Shown here: positions 19,719-28,657 of the stretch, one piece after another
Position numbering within the stretch: the stretch's first letter is position 1
How the letters are laid out: each line of letters opens with the position of its first letter
Assembly (NCBI GenBank): GCA_033551855.1
Contig: JAWSUI010000002.1
Coordinates: 134,594 to 198,593 of the forward strand
DNA from: Deferrisomatales bacterium
GTDB lineage: Bacteria > Desulfobacterota > Deferrisomatia > Deferrisomatales > JACRMM01
Direction: 5' to 3'
Length of the DNA: 64,000 nt
Program-made: the position numbers and the translations under genes
Notes under the pieces: model-generated
Databases searched by the model: none
Seen by the model: the letters and a program-made list of their open reading frames with translations, nothing else
Told to the model about the DNA's origin: nothing

Positions 19719-21509
19719 GTGAACCCCCGCATCGCCTCCATGGAGAACCTCATCGCCCGGGATCCGGGCGGGAGGAACGTCTTCGGGCTGGTCGCCGCGG
19801 ACCAGCTCCGGCTCGCCGCCCAGGCGCTGCGGTTCGCCCGGCGCGTGGCCGTGGTCACCGGGTACTTCATCCCGGAGGCCGGGGCGGGGGAGACGGATGG
19901 CCCCCCCGGGGCGGTGGCCCTCGGCGAGGCGCTGGGGGCCCTGGGCATCCCCGTGGACTACCTGACCGACGGCCCCAACGCGCCGCTTCTGCGCTCCCTG
20001 GGCGCCGAGCCCATCGTCCTCGAGGGCGCCCCTGAAGACGTCGCCGCGGGCTGCCGACGCTACCTGGAGGAGAGCCGCCCCACCCACCTGGTCTCGGTGG
20101 AGCGGGCGGGGCGCGCGGCGGACGGGACGTACCGCAACATGCGCGGTACCGACATCACGACCGTCACCGCACCCCTGGACGAGCTCTTCCTGGAGGCGTC
20201 GCAGCGGGGCCTGACCACCATCGGGGTCGGGGACGGCGGCAACGAGATCGGAATGGGCCGGGTGTTCGCCGCAACGAGAACCGGCGTGCCCCATGGCCGG
20301 GCGCTCGCCACCACCGTGGCGACCGACTTTTGCGTGGCCGCCGGCGTCTCCAACTGGGGAGCCTTGGGGCTCGTGGGCGCCCTCTCCGTCCTGGAGGGGC
20401 GGGACCTGCTGCCTTCCGGGGCTCGCCTCGTGGAGGGGCTCCACCGCTTGGTGGAGGTGGGCGGTGCCGTGGACGGCGTGACCCGCCGGCGGGAGCCGAC
20501 GGTGGACGGCCTGCCCGTGGCCGAGTCTCTCCGGGTCCTCGCGGAGTTGCGCGGACACGTGGCCCCGCCGCCCTTCCTCTCAGGAAGGCCCCTGGCCGTA
20601 GGCGTCCTGGGGTGGGGGGAGACCGGGCGCGCCGCCGCTGCGCTGTTGCGACGCCGGGGGCACCGTGTGCGGGTCTCGGACCACGCGGCGGTGTGTCCCC
20701 CTTCCGAGGAGGACGAAATCCTCGAGGGCTTCGAAGCAGGTGGGCATACCGTCGGCTTCCTCGCCCCCTGCGACGCGGTGGTTGCGAGCCCGGGTGTGCC
20801 GGTTGACGCCCCGATCCGGGCGGCCCTCCACGAGCGGGGCATCCCCGTCGTGAGCGCCCTGGAGATGGCCTACGCGTTCTGTCCCCATCCCCTCGTAGGC
20901 GTGACCGGGACCGTGGGGAAGCGCACCACGGTGGAGCTCATCGGGCGCATGTTTCGCCAGGCCGGACGCCCCGTGGCTGTCGGCGGCAACCGCGGCGCAC
21001 CGCTGGCGGCCCTCCTGCTCGGGCAGGACGGCCGGCCCCCGGAGCCGGACACGACTCTGGTCCTGGCGGTATCGAGCTTCCAGTTGGAGGGCGTGGTGCA
21101 CTTCCGTCCCCCCATCGCGGCGATGCTCAACATCGACGCGGCACACCTCGACCGGCACCGCACCGTGGCCGAGTACGTGCGGGTCAAGAGCCGCATCTTC
21201 ATGAACCACCGCCCCGAGGACGTGCTCATCCTCAACGGCGAGGATTCGAGGCTCCGGCCCCTTGCATCGAAACACCCGGGGCGCACCTTCTTCGTGGGGC
21301 GCCGCCGGACCGGGGATCTCGGCGCGTGGCTGGAGCGGGGGGGGGTCCGTGCGAACACCGAGGGGGCCGTGGAGCGGCTGGGCCGGGCCGAGCACCCCTA
21401 CCCGGAGGTGCTGCTCACCGCCGTGCTGGCCGCTCTGCTGAGCGGGATTCCCCCCGACGCCGCCGGGGCTGCGCTGCGCCGGGTTCGCACCGGGGGAGGG
21501 AGCACCTGA
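19719..21509 (+). CDS. DUF4392 (glutamate cyclase-like) domain fused to truncated MurD-like domains 1-2
   Basis: N-half ETDGPPGA, VERAGRAADGTYRNMRG, GDGGNEIGMG, VSNWG; C-half GVLGWGETG, SPGVP, GVTGTVGKRTT, GGNRG, SSFQLE, HLDRH, YVRVKSRIF. Confidence 0.82.
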   Translation: MNPRIASMENLIARDPGGRNVFGLVAADQLRLAAQALRFARRVAVVTGYFIPEAGAGETDGPPGAVALGEALGALGIPVDYLTDGPNAPLLRSLGAEPIVLEGAPEDVAAGCRRYLEESRPTHLVSVERAGRAADGTYRNMRGTDITTVTAPLDELFLEASQRGLTTIGVGDGGNEIGMGRVFAATRTGVPHGRALATTVATDFCVAAGVSNWGALGLVGALSVLEGRDLLPSGARLVEGLHRLVEVGGAVDGVTRRREPTVDGLPVAESLRVLAELRGHVAPPPFLSGRPLAVGVLGWGETGRAAAALLRRRGHRVRVSDHAAVCPPSEEDEILEGFEAGGHTVGFLAPCDAVVASPGVPVDAPIRAALHERGIPVVSALEMAYAFCPHPLVGVTGTVGKRTTVELIGRMFRQAGRPVAVGGNRGAPLAALLLGQDGRPPEPDTTLVLAVSSFQLEGVVHFRPPIAAMLNIDAAHLDRHRTVAEYVRVKSRIFMNHRPEDVLILNGEDSRLRPLASKHPGRTFFVGRRRTGDLGAWLERGGVRANTEGAVERLGRAEHPYPEVLLTAVLAALLSGIPPDAAGAALRRVRTGGGST

Positions 21510-22303
21510 TGCTCGAAACCAATCGTCTCCCCACCGGACGGGACGTGCGCGACGCCTGCCGCCGGGGCGAGCTCACGGGGCCCACCGCCGGCTTGGCCCC
21601 TGGGTACGGCCAGGCCAACCTGGTCGTCGTGCCCCAGGAGGCGGCCGAGGACTTCGCGGCCTTCTGTGAGCGAAACCCCAGGCCCTGCCCCCTCTTGGAG
21701 CGGACCGGACCCGGCGGCTGGGAGCCCCGGCGCCTCGCGCCGGGGGCCGACCTGCGCACCGACCTCCCCCGCTACCGGGTGCTGCGGGAGGGGCGGTGCA
21801 CCGCTCGGCCCACGGACATCCTTTCCCTGTGGCGTGAGGACTTCGTGGCCTTCCTGCTCGGATGCTCCTTCACCTTCGAGGCCGCGCTCCTCGACGCCGG
21901 GGTCCCGGTTCGACACCTCGAGGAGGGGCGCAACGTGCCCATGTTCCGCACATCCTTGGCCTGCGTCCCCGCAGGGCCCTTCAGGGGCCCCTTGGTGGTC
22001 TCCATGCGCCCCATGCCCCCGGAGCAGGCGGCCCGCGCGGCCGAGATCACGGCGCGCCACCCCCACTTCCACGGCGCTCCGGTCCACGTGGGCGACCCCG
22101 GGGCCATCGGCGTCGCCGACCTCGCCAGACCAGACTATGGCGACGCCGTCACCGTGCGACCCGGGGAGGTTCCCGTGTTCTGGGCCTGCGGCGTCACCCC
22201 TCTGGAGGCCCTCCTTGGTGCGGGGCTCGAGGTCGCCGCGACCCACGAGCCCGGCCACATGTTCGTGACGGACCTCTCCGACCGGGATCTGCTGGGGCTG
22301 TAG
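21509..22303 (+). CDS. DUF1445 putative hydro-lyase / D-glutamate cyclase family protein
   Basis: QANLVV, NPRPCPLL, DLRTDLPRYRV, LGCSFTFE, VVSMRP, PVFWACGVTP, PGHMFVTD; TGATG overlap with the upstream gene. Confidence 0.9.
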   Translation: MLETNRLPTGRDVRDACRRGELTGPTAGLAPGYGQANLVVVPQEAAEDFAAFCERNPRPCPLLERTGPGGWEPRRLAPGADLRTDLPRYRVLREGRCTARPTDILSLWREDFVAFLLGCSFTFEAALLDAGVPVRHLEEGRNVPMFRTSLACVPAGPFRGPLVVSMRPMPPEQAARAAEITARHPHFHGAPVHVGDPGAIGVADLARPDYGDAVTVRPGEVPVFWACGVTPLEALLGAGLEVAATHEPGHMFVTDLSDRDLLGL

Positions 22304-22346
22304 GGCGGGGCCTGCCCCGCCGGCCCCTGCTGGAGGGGAGTTGCGT

Positions 22347-23066
22347 CTATGTCCCGCAGCAGGCCCGGAGACCGGAGGCCTCGACGGCGGGGCCGTCGGC
22401 CAGGCGGCCGTCGCGCACCGTGAACACCAGGTCGGCCCGGGCAGCGATCTCCGGGTTGTGGGTGACGATGACCACGGTCTTCCCGCGCCGGTGCAGGGTC
22501 CGGATCGTCCCCAGGACCCCCGCCTCCGACTCCGAGTCGAGGTTCCCGGTGGGCTCGTCCATGAGGAGGATCTCCGGGTCGTTGGCCAGGGCCCGGGCGA
22601 TGGCCACCCGTTGCTGCTGCCCCCCGGAGAGCTCCGAGGGCGGGGCTTCGGCCTTTTCCCCCAGCCCCACGAGGTCCAGGAGCTCTCGGGCGCGCCCTGC
22701 CCGCTCCCGCTTCGGGCTACTGCCGAACATCATGGCCACCGCCACGTTCTCGGCGGCGGTCAGCCCGTCGAGCAGGTTGAAGAACTGGAAGACGAACCCG
22801 ATCCGCCGGGCCCGCAGGTCGGCCAGGGCGTGGGGGGAGAGGCCGGTCAGCTCCTCCCCCGCCACCCAGATCTGCCCCGCGGTGGGGCGGTCCAGGCCTC
22901 CCAGCAGGTGCATGAGGGTGCTCTTGCCGTGCCCCGAGGGGCCCACGATGCAGGCAAAGGCGCCTCGGGGGATCTCGAGGCTCACGCCCCGCAGGGCCTC
23001 GGTGGGCACGCGCCCCTTCTGGTACGTCTTTCGCACGCCTTCGGCGCGGATGGCGGCGTCACTCAT
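22347..23066 (-). CDS. ABC transporter ATP-binding protein (LolD/MacB type)
   Basis: GPSGHGKST, GFVFQFFNL, LSGGQQQRV, DEPTGNLD. Confidence 0.93.
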   Translation of the reverse strand: MSDAAIRAEGVRKTYQKGRVPTEALRGVSLEIPRGAFACIVGPSGHGKSTLMHLLGGLDRPTAGQIWVAGEELTGLSPHALADLRARRIGFVFQFFNLLDGLTAAENVAVAMMFGSSPKRERAGRARELLDLVGLGEKAEAPPSELSGGQQQRVAIARALANDPEILLMDEPTGNLDSESEAGVLGTIRTLHRRGKTVVIVTHNPEIAARADLVFTVRDGRLADGPAVEASGLRACCGT

Positions 23067-24216
23067 AACGGATGGCCTCCACGGGCGCGAGCCCGGCCGC
23101 CTTCCAGGCCGGGTAGGTCCCGGCCACGAGGGCGACGGCGAGAGAAAAGAGGACCGACCCGGCCGCCGTGGTCGGGTCGAGGCCGCCTGCGCTTCCCTTG
23201 ACGAAGGCGGTGAACGCGTTCTGCCCCACGTGCGGGGCCAGGAAGATCGACGCCAAGGCCCCGGCGGCGACGCCGATCAAGCCCCCGAGCACGCCGTAGC
23301 ACCCCGACTCCACGAGGAAGAGGCGGAAGATGGTTCCCCGGCGGGCGCCCAGGGCCTGGAGGATGCCGATCTCCCGGCGGCGCTCGTAGGTGGCCGTGAG
23401 CATCGTGTTGACGATGCCGAAGGCCGCCGCCAGCACCGCCACGGCGGCGATGAGCTGCACCGTGAAGCTCACCGTGCCGACCACCGAGAGCACCGACTGG
23501 AGCATCTGCTCGTCGGAGACCACCCCAAGGGCGGTCGCCTCCCGGATGGCGAGGATGTGCTCCCCGGTCCGGCTCACGTCGTCCACCTGGACGGCCACGA
23601 AAGACACCCGGTCCCCCACGCCGAAGAGCTCCTGGGCGAGCTCCAGGGGGAGGAAGAGGCCCGTGTCGTCCCGGGACCGTGTCTCCGCCAGGATTCCCAG
23701 CACCGGCAGGGCCTGTCCCCGGATGGTCACGGTGTCGCCCAGCCCGAGCCCGCCGTCCTTGGCCGCGGCCGATCCGGCCAGTAGGCCCGGTTGATCCGGG
23801 AGGCGGGGCAGGCGCCCCTGGGCGAGACGCCAGCCCTTGAGCTCGGAGAGGAGCTCCAGGTCGGTCCCCGCGACGGGGACGGGGCGGTTTCGGATCGCCG
23901 ACTTTTCCGTGAGGAGCGGTACCGCCGTCAGGCCCGGCAGGGCGGCGATGGTGCGCACCTCGTCCATCGTGATGGTCACCGGGAGTTGGTCGCCTGTGAG
24001 GATGGAGACCTGCTCGTAGGCGCAGGATCCTTTGGGGGCCACCACGAGGTCGGCGCCCAGGGCGTGGGCTTCCCGGCGGATCTCCCGCTGGAGGCTCGCA
24101 CCGAGGGAGAGGAAGGTGACGAGCGAGGCGATGCCCACCGTGATCCCCAGGAGGGTGAGCACGAGGCGTCCTCGCCGCCGGGTCATGTTGCGAAGGACGA
24201 GCCGGCTGGCGTTCAT
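23059..24216 (-). CDS. ABC transporter permease (MacB/FtsX type)
   Basis: RLVLTLLGITVGIA, periplasmic domain, ERRREIGILQALGA, YPAWKAAGLAPVEAIRYE; ATG at 24216. Confidence 0.9.
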   Translation of the reverse strand: MNASRLVLRNMTRRRGRLVLTLLGITVGIASLVTFLSLGASLQREIRREAHALGADLVVAPKGSCAYEQVSILTGDQLPVTITMDEVRTIAALPGLTAVPLLTEKSAIRNRPVPVAGTDLELLSELKGWRLAQGRLPRLPDQPGLLAGSAAAKDGGLGLGDTVTIRGQALPVLGILAETRSRDDTGLFLPLELAQELFGVGDRVSFVAVQVDDVSRTGEHILAIREATALGVVSDEQMLQSVLSVVGTVSFTVQLIAAVAVLAAAFGIVNTMLTATYERRREIGILQALGARRGTIFRLFLVESGCYGVLGGLIGVAAGALASIFLAPHVGQNAFTAFVKGSAGGLDPTTAAGSVLFSLAVALVAGTYPAWKAAGLAPVEAIRYE

Positions 24217-24230
24217 GTGCGCCCTCCGGC

Positions 24231-24617
24231 CTAAATCTTGTGGTTTCGAAGGGTCTTCACCGCCGTGGCCGTGAGGAGCCGCCCGCCGTGGGTGAAGGTG
24301 CCCGTAACTTCGACCTCGTCGCCGTGGGCCGGCCGGGGCCCCTCGTACCGCACGGGGAGGAAGAACTTGTTGCAGTTGGGCGAAGTGCACAGGAGCTCGC
24401 TCTTGTCCATCACCCCGAAGACCGTCGGATCCGTGGGTGAGACCGCCGCCATGATGCCGATGACGGTCAAGGTCCCCTGGAAGGCCGTGGGGTCGGAACG
24501 GACGTCGTTCACCTGGAGGGGCGGGGGAGCGCTCGTGCGACTCACGGCGGCCACGGCGACGGCCGCGAGGGCGGCCAGGCCGATGCCGGCCAGGGCGAGG
24601 GCGTGCTTCTTCTTCAT
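24231..24617 (-). CDS. Secreted/anchored hypothetical protein, OB-fold-like, with CxxxxC
   Basis: MKKKHALAL signal/anchor, GTLTVIG, LLCTSPNC, GDEVEVTGTF; GAGG RBS. Confidence 0.7.
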   Translation of the reverse strand: MKKKHALALAGIGLAALAAVAVAAVSRTSAPPPLQVNDVRSDPTAFQGTLTVIGIMAAVSPTDPTVFGVMDKSELLCTSPNCNKFFLPVRYEGPRPAHGDEVEVTGTFTHGGRLLTATAVKTLRNHKI

Positions 24618-24749
24618 GGCGTCTTCCTCTGTACGGATTGGAGTGGCGCTCGGCGCCCGCGGTGCCTCCGTCGTGGGGCGGGCACACGTCCGGGCGGCGC
24701 GGGTGCGGTCAGGGCGTGGTGGTCGGGACAGCGGCTGGGGAGCGGGTGT

Positions 24750-25046
24750 TCAGGAGTGGAGGGGAGGTCGTTCGATGGCAGAGTAGACCCCTTGGGGGGA
24801 GAGGGGGCACACGGCCGAAGCCGGGGCCGCAGCCTCCGGGACGGCCGGGGCCGACGGACAACGCTCCACCCATAGGGTGAAGACGCAGCAGGAGGCGCAG
24901 CCAGACCCGGGGCTTTCGTCCCCTGCCGGGCACGCCTCGCCGCAGCAGCTCCCCGAGACCGCGCCCGGGTCGGGGGGCGCGGACCACGCCGGGGCGGCGA
25001 GGGCGAGCAGAAGGACCGCCACGAGGCGGATCGCGAGGGTTCCCAT
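24750..25046 (-). CDS. Small Cys-rich exported protein ending ERPP (candidate leader/arrest peptide)
   Basis: Signal peptide, SCCGEAC...CASCC, C-terminal AIERPPLHS. Confidence 0.55.
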   Translation of the reverse strand: MGTLAIRLVAVLLLALAAPAWSAPPDPGAVSGSCCGEACPAGDESPGSGCASCCVFTLWVERCPSAPAVPEAAAPASAVCPLSPQGVYSAIERPPLHS

Positions 25047-25869
25047 GGCCCGATGATACGGAGCCACCCCCACCCCGGTCAACGAGAATCATCTCAATCG
25101 GGCATCGCGGGGGGGGAGGTGGGCCCCTCGAGACGGGGCCCCCACCGGACCGGTCCGCCTCCGGCACGGTGGGGGCGGGGGACTCCGTGACCGAGGCGCG
25201 ACGTTCTCCCGGGCCCGTCGGCACTCCCTGTTGGCGTCCCGGTCGCGTCCCTTGACTTGCGCCTGCTGCCGCGGTAAGGACCGCCCCACGCTTCCCCCGA
25301 CGCCGGACGGGCTGCGGAGGGAGGGGGCCGGAAGCTGAGAGGAACGACCGGAGGCGGCTGGGGGGCCAGGCCGGGTGACCGAGTTGCGCAGCCGGCACGC
25401 GCAGTGGCCCGTGGAGGGGATACGGCGGACCGGGCCCTGCGTCTTGGCGCCTGCAGCGGGGGAGTGAACGACCGGACGCGCATTCGTCGTGCGGCCCCGG
25501 CCGACGTGCCGGCACTGCGTCCGCCGGTCGGCGCGTACTGGACTTCGAGGGCCTTTCGGGCTTCGAGGACCAGCGCGTCGCGGCACCGCTCTGCCGCCTG
25601 CTCGCCGATCCGGCCCTCGGGGGCGACTGGACTGTGCGACGCGGCATGACCACATCATGCGACGACTATCTTGCCACCCGCCGAATCCGAATTCTTTCCG
25701 GTCGGCTGCACGAACGTTTCGCTCCAGCTCTCCCGCGGCAACGACGCCGGGCGAACCTTCTGCCGCCGTTGTGAGTACTCGAACAGGCCCGGGTACGACC
25801 TGCTCGAGAGGACGCTTCGCCCGCCGCCGGGGGTGCTGACCGCGAACGCGGGGGCGTCGGGAGGACCGC

Positions 25870-26773
25870 ATGGGATTGGATGAACACACGCTCCGGAAGA
25901 TCGTGGAGAGCATCCACGACGGCCTCTATCTCGTGGACCGAGACAGAACGGTGACGTACTGGAACCGGGCGGCCGAGAGGATGTCCGGGTTCGCGGCGAG
26001 CGACGTCATCGGCAAGTCCTGCGCCGCCGAGATCCTTACCCACGTCGACGAGGGGGGGGAACAACCTGTGCACGGGCATGTGTCCTCTCGGCGCAACGAT
26101 TGCCGACGGGGTGCCTCGGGAAGCCGAGGTGTACATGCACCACAAACTGGGGCACAGGATCCCAGTCTCCGTCCGGGTCAGCCCGTTGACCGACGGGGAC
26201 GGAACCATCGTCGGCGGCATCGAGTTGTTCACGGACATCAGCCATCAGGCCGCCAACCGCCTGCGGGTGCAGGAGCTGGAGGAGTTGGCTCTTCTCGATC
26301 GTCTCACGAGGCTCGCCAACAGGACGTATCTCGAGCGGGAGATCGCGAGCCGACTGGAGGAGCAGAAGCGCTACGCCGTACCCTTCGGTATCCTGCTGGT
26401 GGACATAGACCATTTCAAGAGGGTCAACGACACGTATGGTCACGACGTGGGGGACGACGTCCTTCGGTTCGTGGCGAACACGTTCCTCTCGAACAACCGG
26501 GCGTTCGACGTCTTCGGGCGCTGGGGAGGAGAGGAGTTCGTCGGGGTCATACGGAACACGGACGACGACGGCCTGCGGGCCATCGGCGACCGATTGCGCA
26601 CTCTGGTCCGGAGCTCCTACATGGCCCGCGAAGGCGGGAGGCTGCAGGTCACGGTTTCCGTCGGCGCCACCCTTGCGCGGCCGACCGACAGCATCGGGAG
26701 CCTCCTGAAGCGCGCCGACGTCCTCCTGTACGAGAGCAAGGGAGCGGGACGGGATCGCCTTACGCTGGGGTGA
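25870..26773 (+). pseudogene. PAS-GGDEF diguanylate cyclase with a +1 frameshift in a G8 tract (or a sequencing error)
   Basis: PAS starts in one frame (DGLYLVDRDRTVTYWNRAAE); after G8 at 26052-26059 it continues in another frame (NNLCTGMCPL...LLVDIDHFKRVNDTYGH...GRWGGEEF). Confidence 0.8.
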
Positions 26774-26861
26774 GGGCCCGCTCCTCGCGGAAAGGTCGCC
26801 GCCCCTTCCAGGGCCCTCCGCGCGACGGGTGGCACGAGGCCCCTCTCCCCGAAGGGCGGGC

Positions 26862-28556
26862 TCAGGCGGCCGTGGGCTTCGCCTCCTTCCCCACCTTCCG
26901 GCGCTCCTCGTCGCGGATCTCGCGGCGCAGGAGCTTTCCGACCTTGCTCTTGGGGAGCATGTCGCGGAACTCGATGTACTGGGGCACCTTGTAGGAGGCG
27001 AGGCGCTCCTGGCACCAGCGGCGCAGATCGGTGCCCGAGACGCCCTTGGCGTCGGTCTTGAGGACCACGATGGCCTTGAGGCGCTCACCCACCGCCGGGT
27101 CCTCCACCCCCACCACGCACGCGCCCATCACGGCCGGGTTGTCCAGGAGCACGGCCTCCACCTCGGAGGCCGAGATCCGGTAGCCCTTGTGCTTGATGAC
27201 GTCGGCGGTGCGCTCCATGAACTGGATCTCCCCCCGCTCGTTGGCCACGACGAAGTCGCCCATGCGGTAGAAGACCTCCCGGCCGATCTTGATGAAGGAC
27301 CGGGCGGTCTCGGCGGGCTTGTTCCAGTAACTCTTGATGGTGAAGTCGGCGGTGACCAGGAGCTCGCCGGTCTTGCCCGGCGGCACGTCCTCGAGGGTCA
27401 CGGGGTCCACGATCTTGCAGCGATAGGAGGGGAGCGGGTGGCCGATCACGGTGGGCTGGGGCTCGTTCTCGAGCAGGCTGTATGCCACGTGCCCCACCTC
27501 GGTGGAGCCGTACACCTGGTAGATGGGAACCCCGGTGTGCTCCTTCCACCGGTTGAAGACCTCTCCGGGGAGCACGTCGCCGCCGCAGTAGCAGTACCGC
27601 AGGCTGTCGAGCCGGTACTCGGTCAGGCGGTCATTCTCGAGGATCATCCTGTAGAGGGCGGGGACGCCCAGGAACCAGCGCACCCGGTGCCGCTCCACCT
27701 CCTGCATCAGGGCGTCCACGTGGGGGATCGGCATGAGGACCACCGTGTTGCCGAAGTTGAGGCCTACCGCGATCATGAAGCCCTTGGCCATGATGTGGTA
27801 GAGCGGGTTGACCATCAGGACCGTGTCCGTGCCCTCCTTGGTGTGTTGCTCCACCACCCGGTCCATCACGTCGCGGACGTAGGCCACCTCGGTCATGTGG
27901 TTGCCCGGTACGCCCTTGGGGAACCCGGTCGTCCCGCCCGTGTACAGGATCGAGGCCAGGTCCTTCCACGGGTCGATGTCGGGCTCCGGCAGGGGTTCCG
28001 CCCGCTGGCGGAGGAGGTCGGAGAACGCGTGCACGTGCTCTCCCTTGGCCACCTTGCCCCGGGGGATCACGTGGAGCAGGTGGCCCAGCGCCACCTTCCA
28101 GCGGGGCAGGAGCTCGGTCAAAGTGGTCACGATGACGCGCTTGAGGCCGCTGCGTGACTGCACCTCGTGGACGTACCCGTAGTTCGTGTCCTGGCAGATC
28201 ACCGTCTCGACTCCCGCGTCCTCGGCCAGGTACTCGAGCTCGTGGGCGGTGTAGATGGGGGAGACGGGGACCACGACGGCGCCAAGCCGCTGGACCGCGA
28301 AGTTCGCGATCACCCACTGGGGGCAGTTCGACAGGTAGAGCATGACTCGGTCCTGGCGCTTCACCCCGAGCCGTGCCAGGGCCGCGGCGAACCGCTCCAC
28401 GTCGGAGCGTAGGCGGCGGTAGGTGAAACGGGCCCCGAGGTACACCAGGGCCGCCCGCTCCGGGTGGCGCTCGGCCATCTCGAAGAAGCGGGTGAAGGTG
28501 AACTCCCGGCGCGCGGGGTCGATCGTCAGGCCTTCGAGGGTGTACGGTCGGTCCAT
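26862..28556 (-). CDS. AMP-dependent acyl-CoA synthetase
   Basis: YTGGTTGFPKG, YGSTE, YRMGD, PKSKVGK. Confidence 0.93.
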   Translation of the reverse strand: MDRPYTLEGLTIDPARREFTFTRFFEMAERHPERAALVYLGARFTYRRLRSDVERFAAALARLGVKRQDRVMLYLSNCPQWVIANFAVQRLGAVVVPVSPIYTAHELEYLAEDAGVETVICQDTNYGYVHEVQSRSGLKRVIVTTLTELLPRWKVALGHLLHVIPRGKVAKGEHVHAFSDLLRQRAEPLPEPDIDPWKDLASILYTGGTTGFPKGVPGNHMTEVAYVRDVMDRVVEQHTKEGTDTVLMVNPLYHIMAKGFMIAVGLNFGNTVVLMPIPHVDALMQEVERHRVRWFLGVPALYRMILENDRLTEYRLDSLRYCYCGGDVLPGEVFNRWKEHTGVPIYQVYGSTEVGHVAYSLLENEPQPTVIGHPLPSYRCKIVDPVTLEDVPPGKTGELLVTADFTIKSYWNKPAETARSFIKIGREVFYRMGDFVVANERGEIQFMERTADVIKHKGYRISASEVEAVLLDNPAVMGACVVGVEDPAVGERLKAIVVLKTDAKGVSGTDLRRWCQERLASYKVPQYIEFRDMLPKSKVGKLLRREIRDEERRKVGKEAKPTAA

Positions 28557-28566
28557 GGCCTATCCA

Positions 28567-28657
28567 GGTGACGGGTGAAGGGTCACGGGTGACGGGTCAA
28601 GCGCGCTTCGGCGCGCGTTCCCTTCTTGTCCTCTGCCCATGCTCTGTGTCCTCTGCA
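28567..28657. repeat. Intercistronic heptamer array with a GCGCGC-TTCG-GCGCGC hairpin
   Basis: GGTGACG GGTGAAG GGTCACG GGTGACG GGTCAAG (28567-28601), hairpin at 28601-28616, then a pyrimidine-rich CCTCTG-type repeat. Confidence 0.65.

Noticed and set aside
25320..25400. TPP riboswitch suggested by GCTGAGAG
   Set aside because: Downstream conserved TPP elements are absent and no thiamine gene follows
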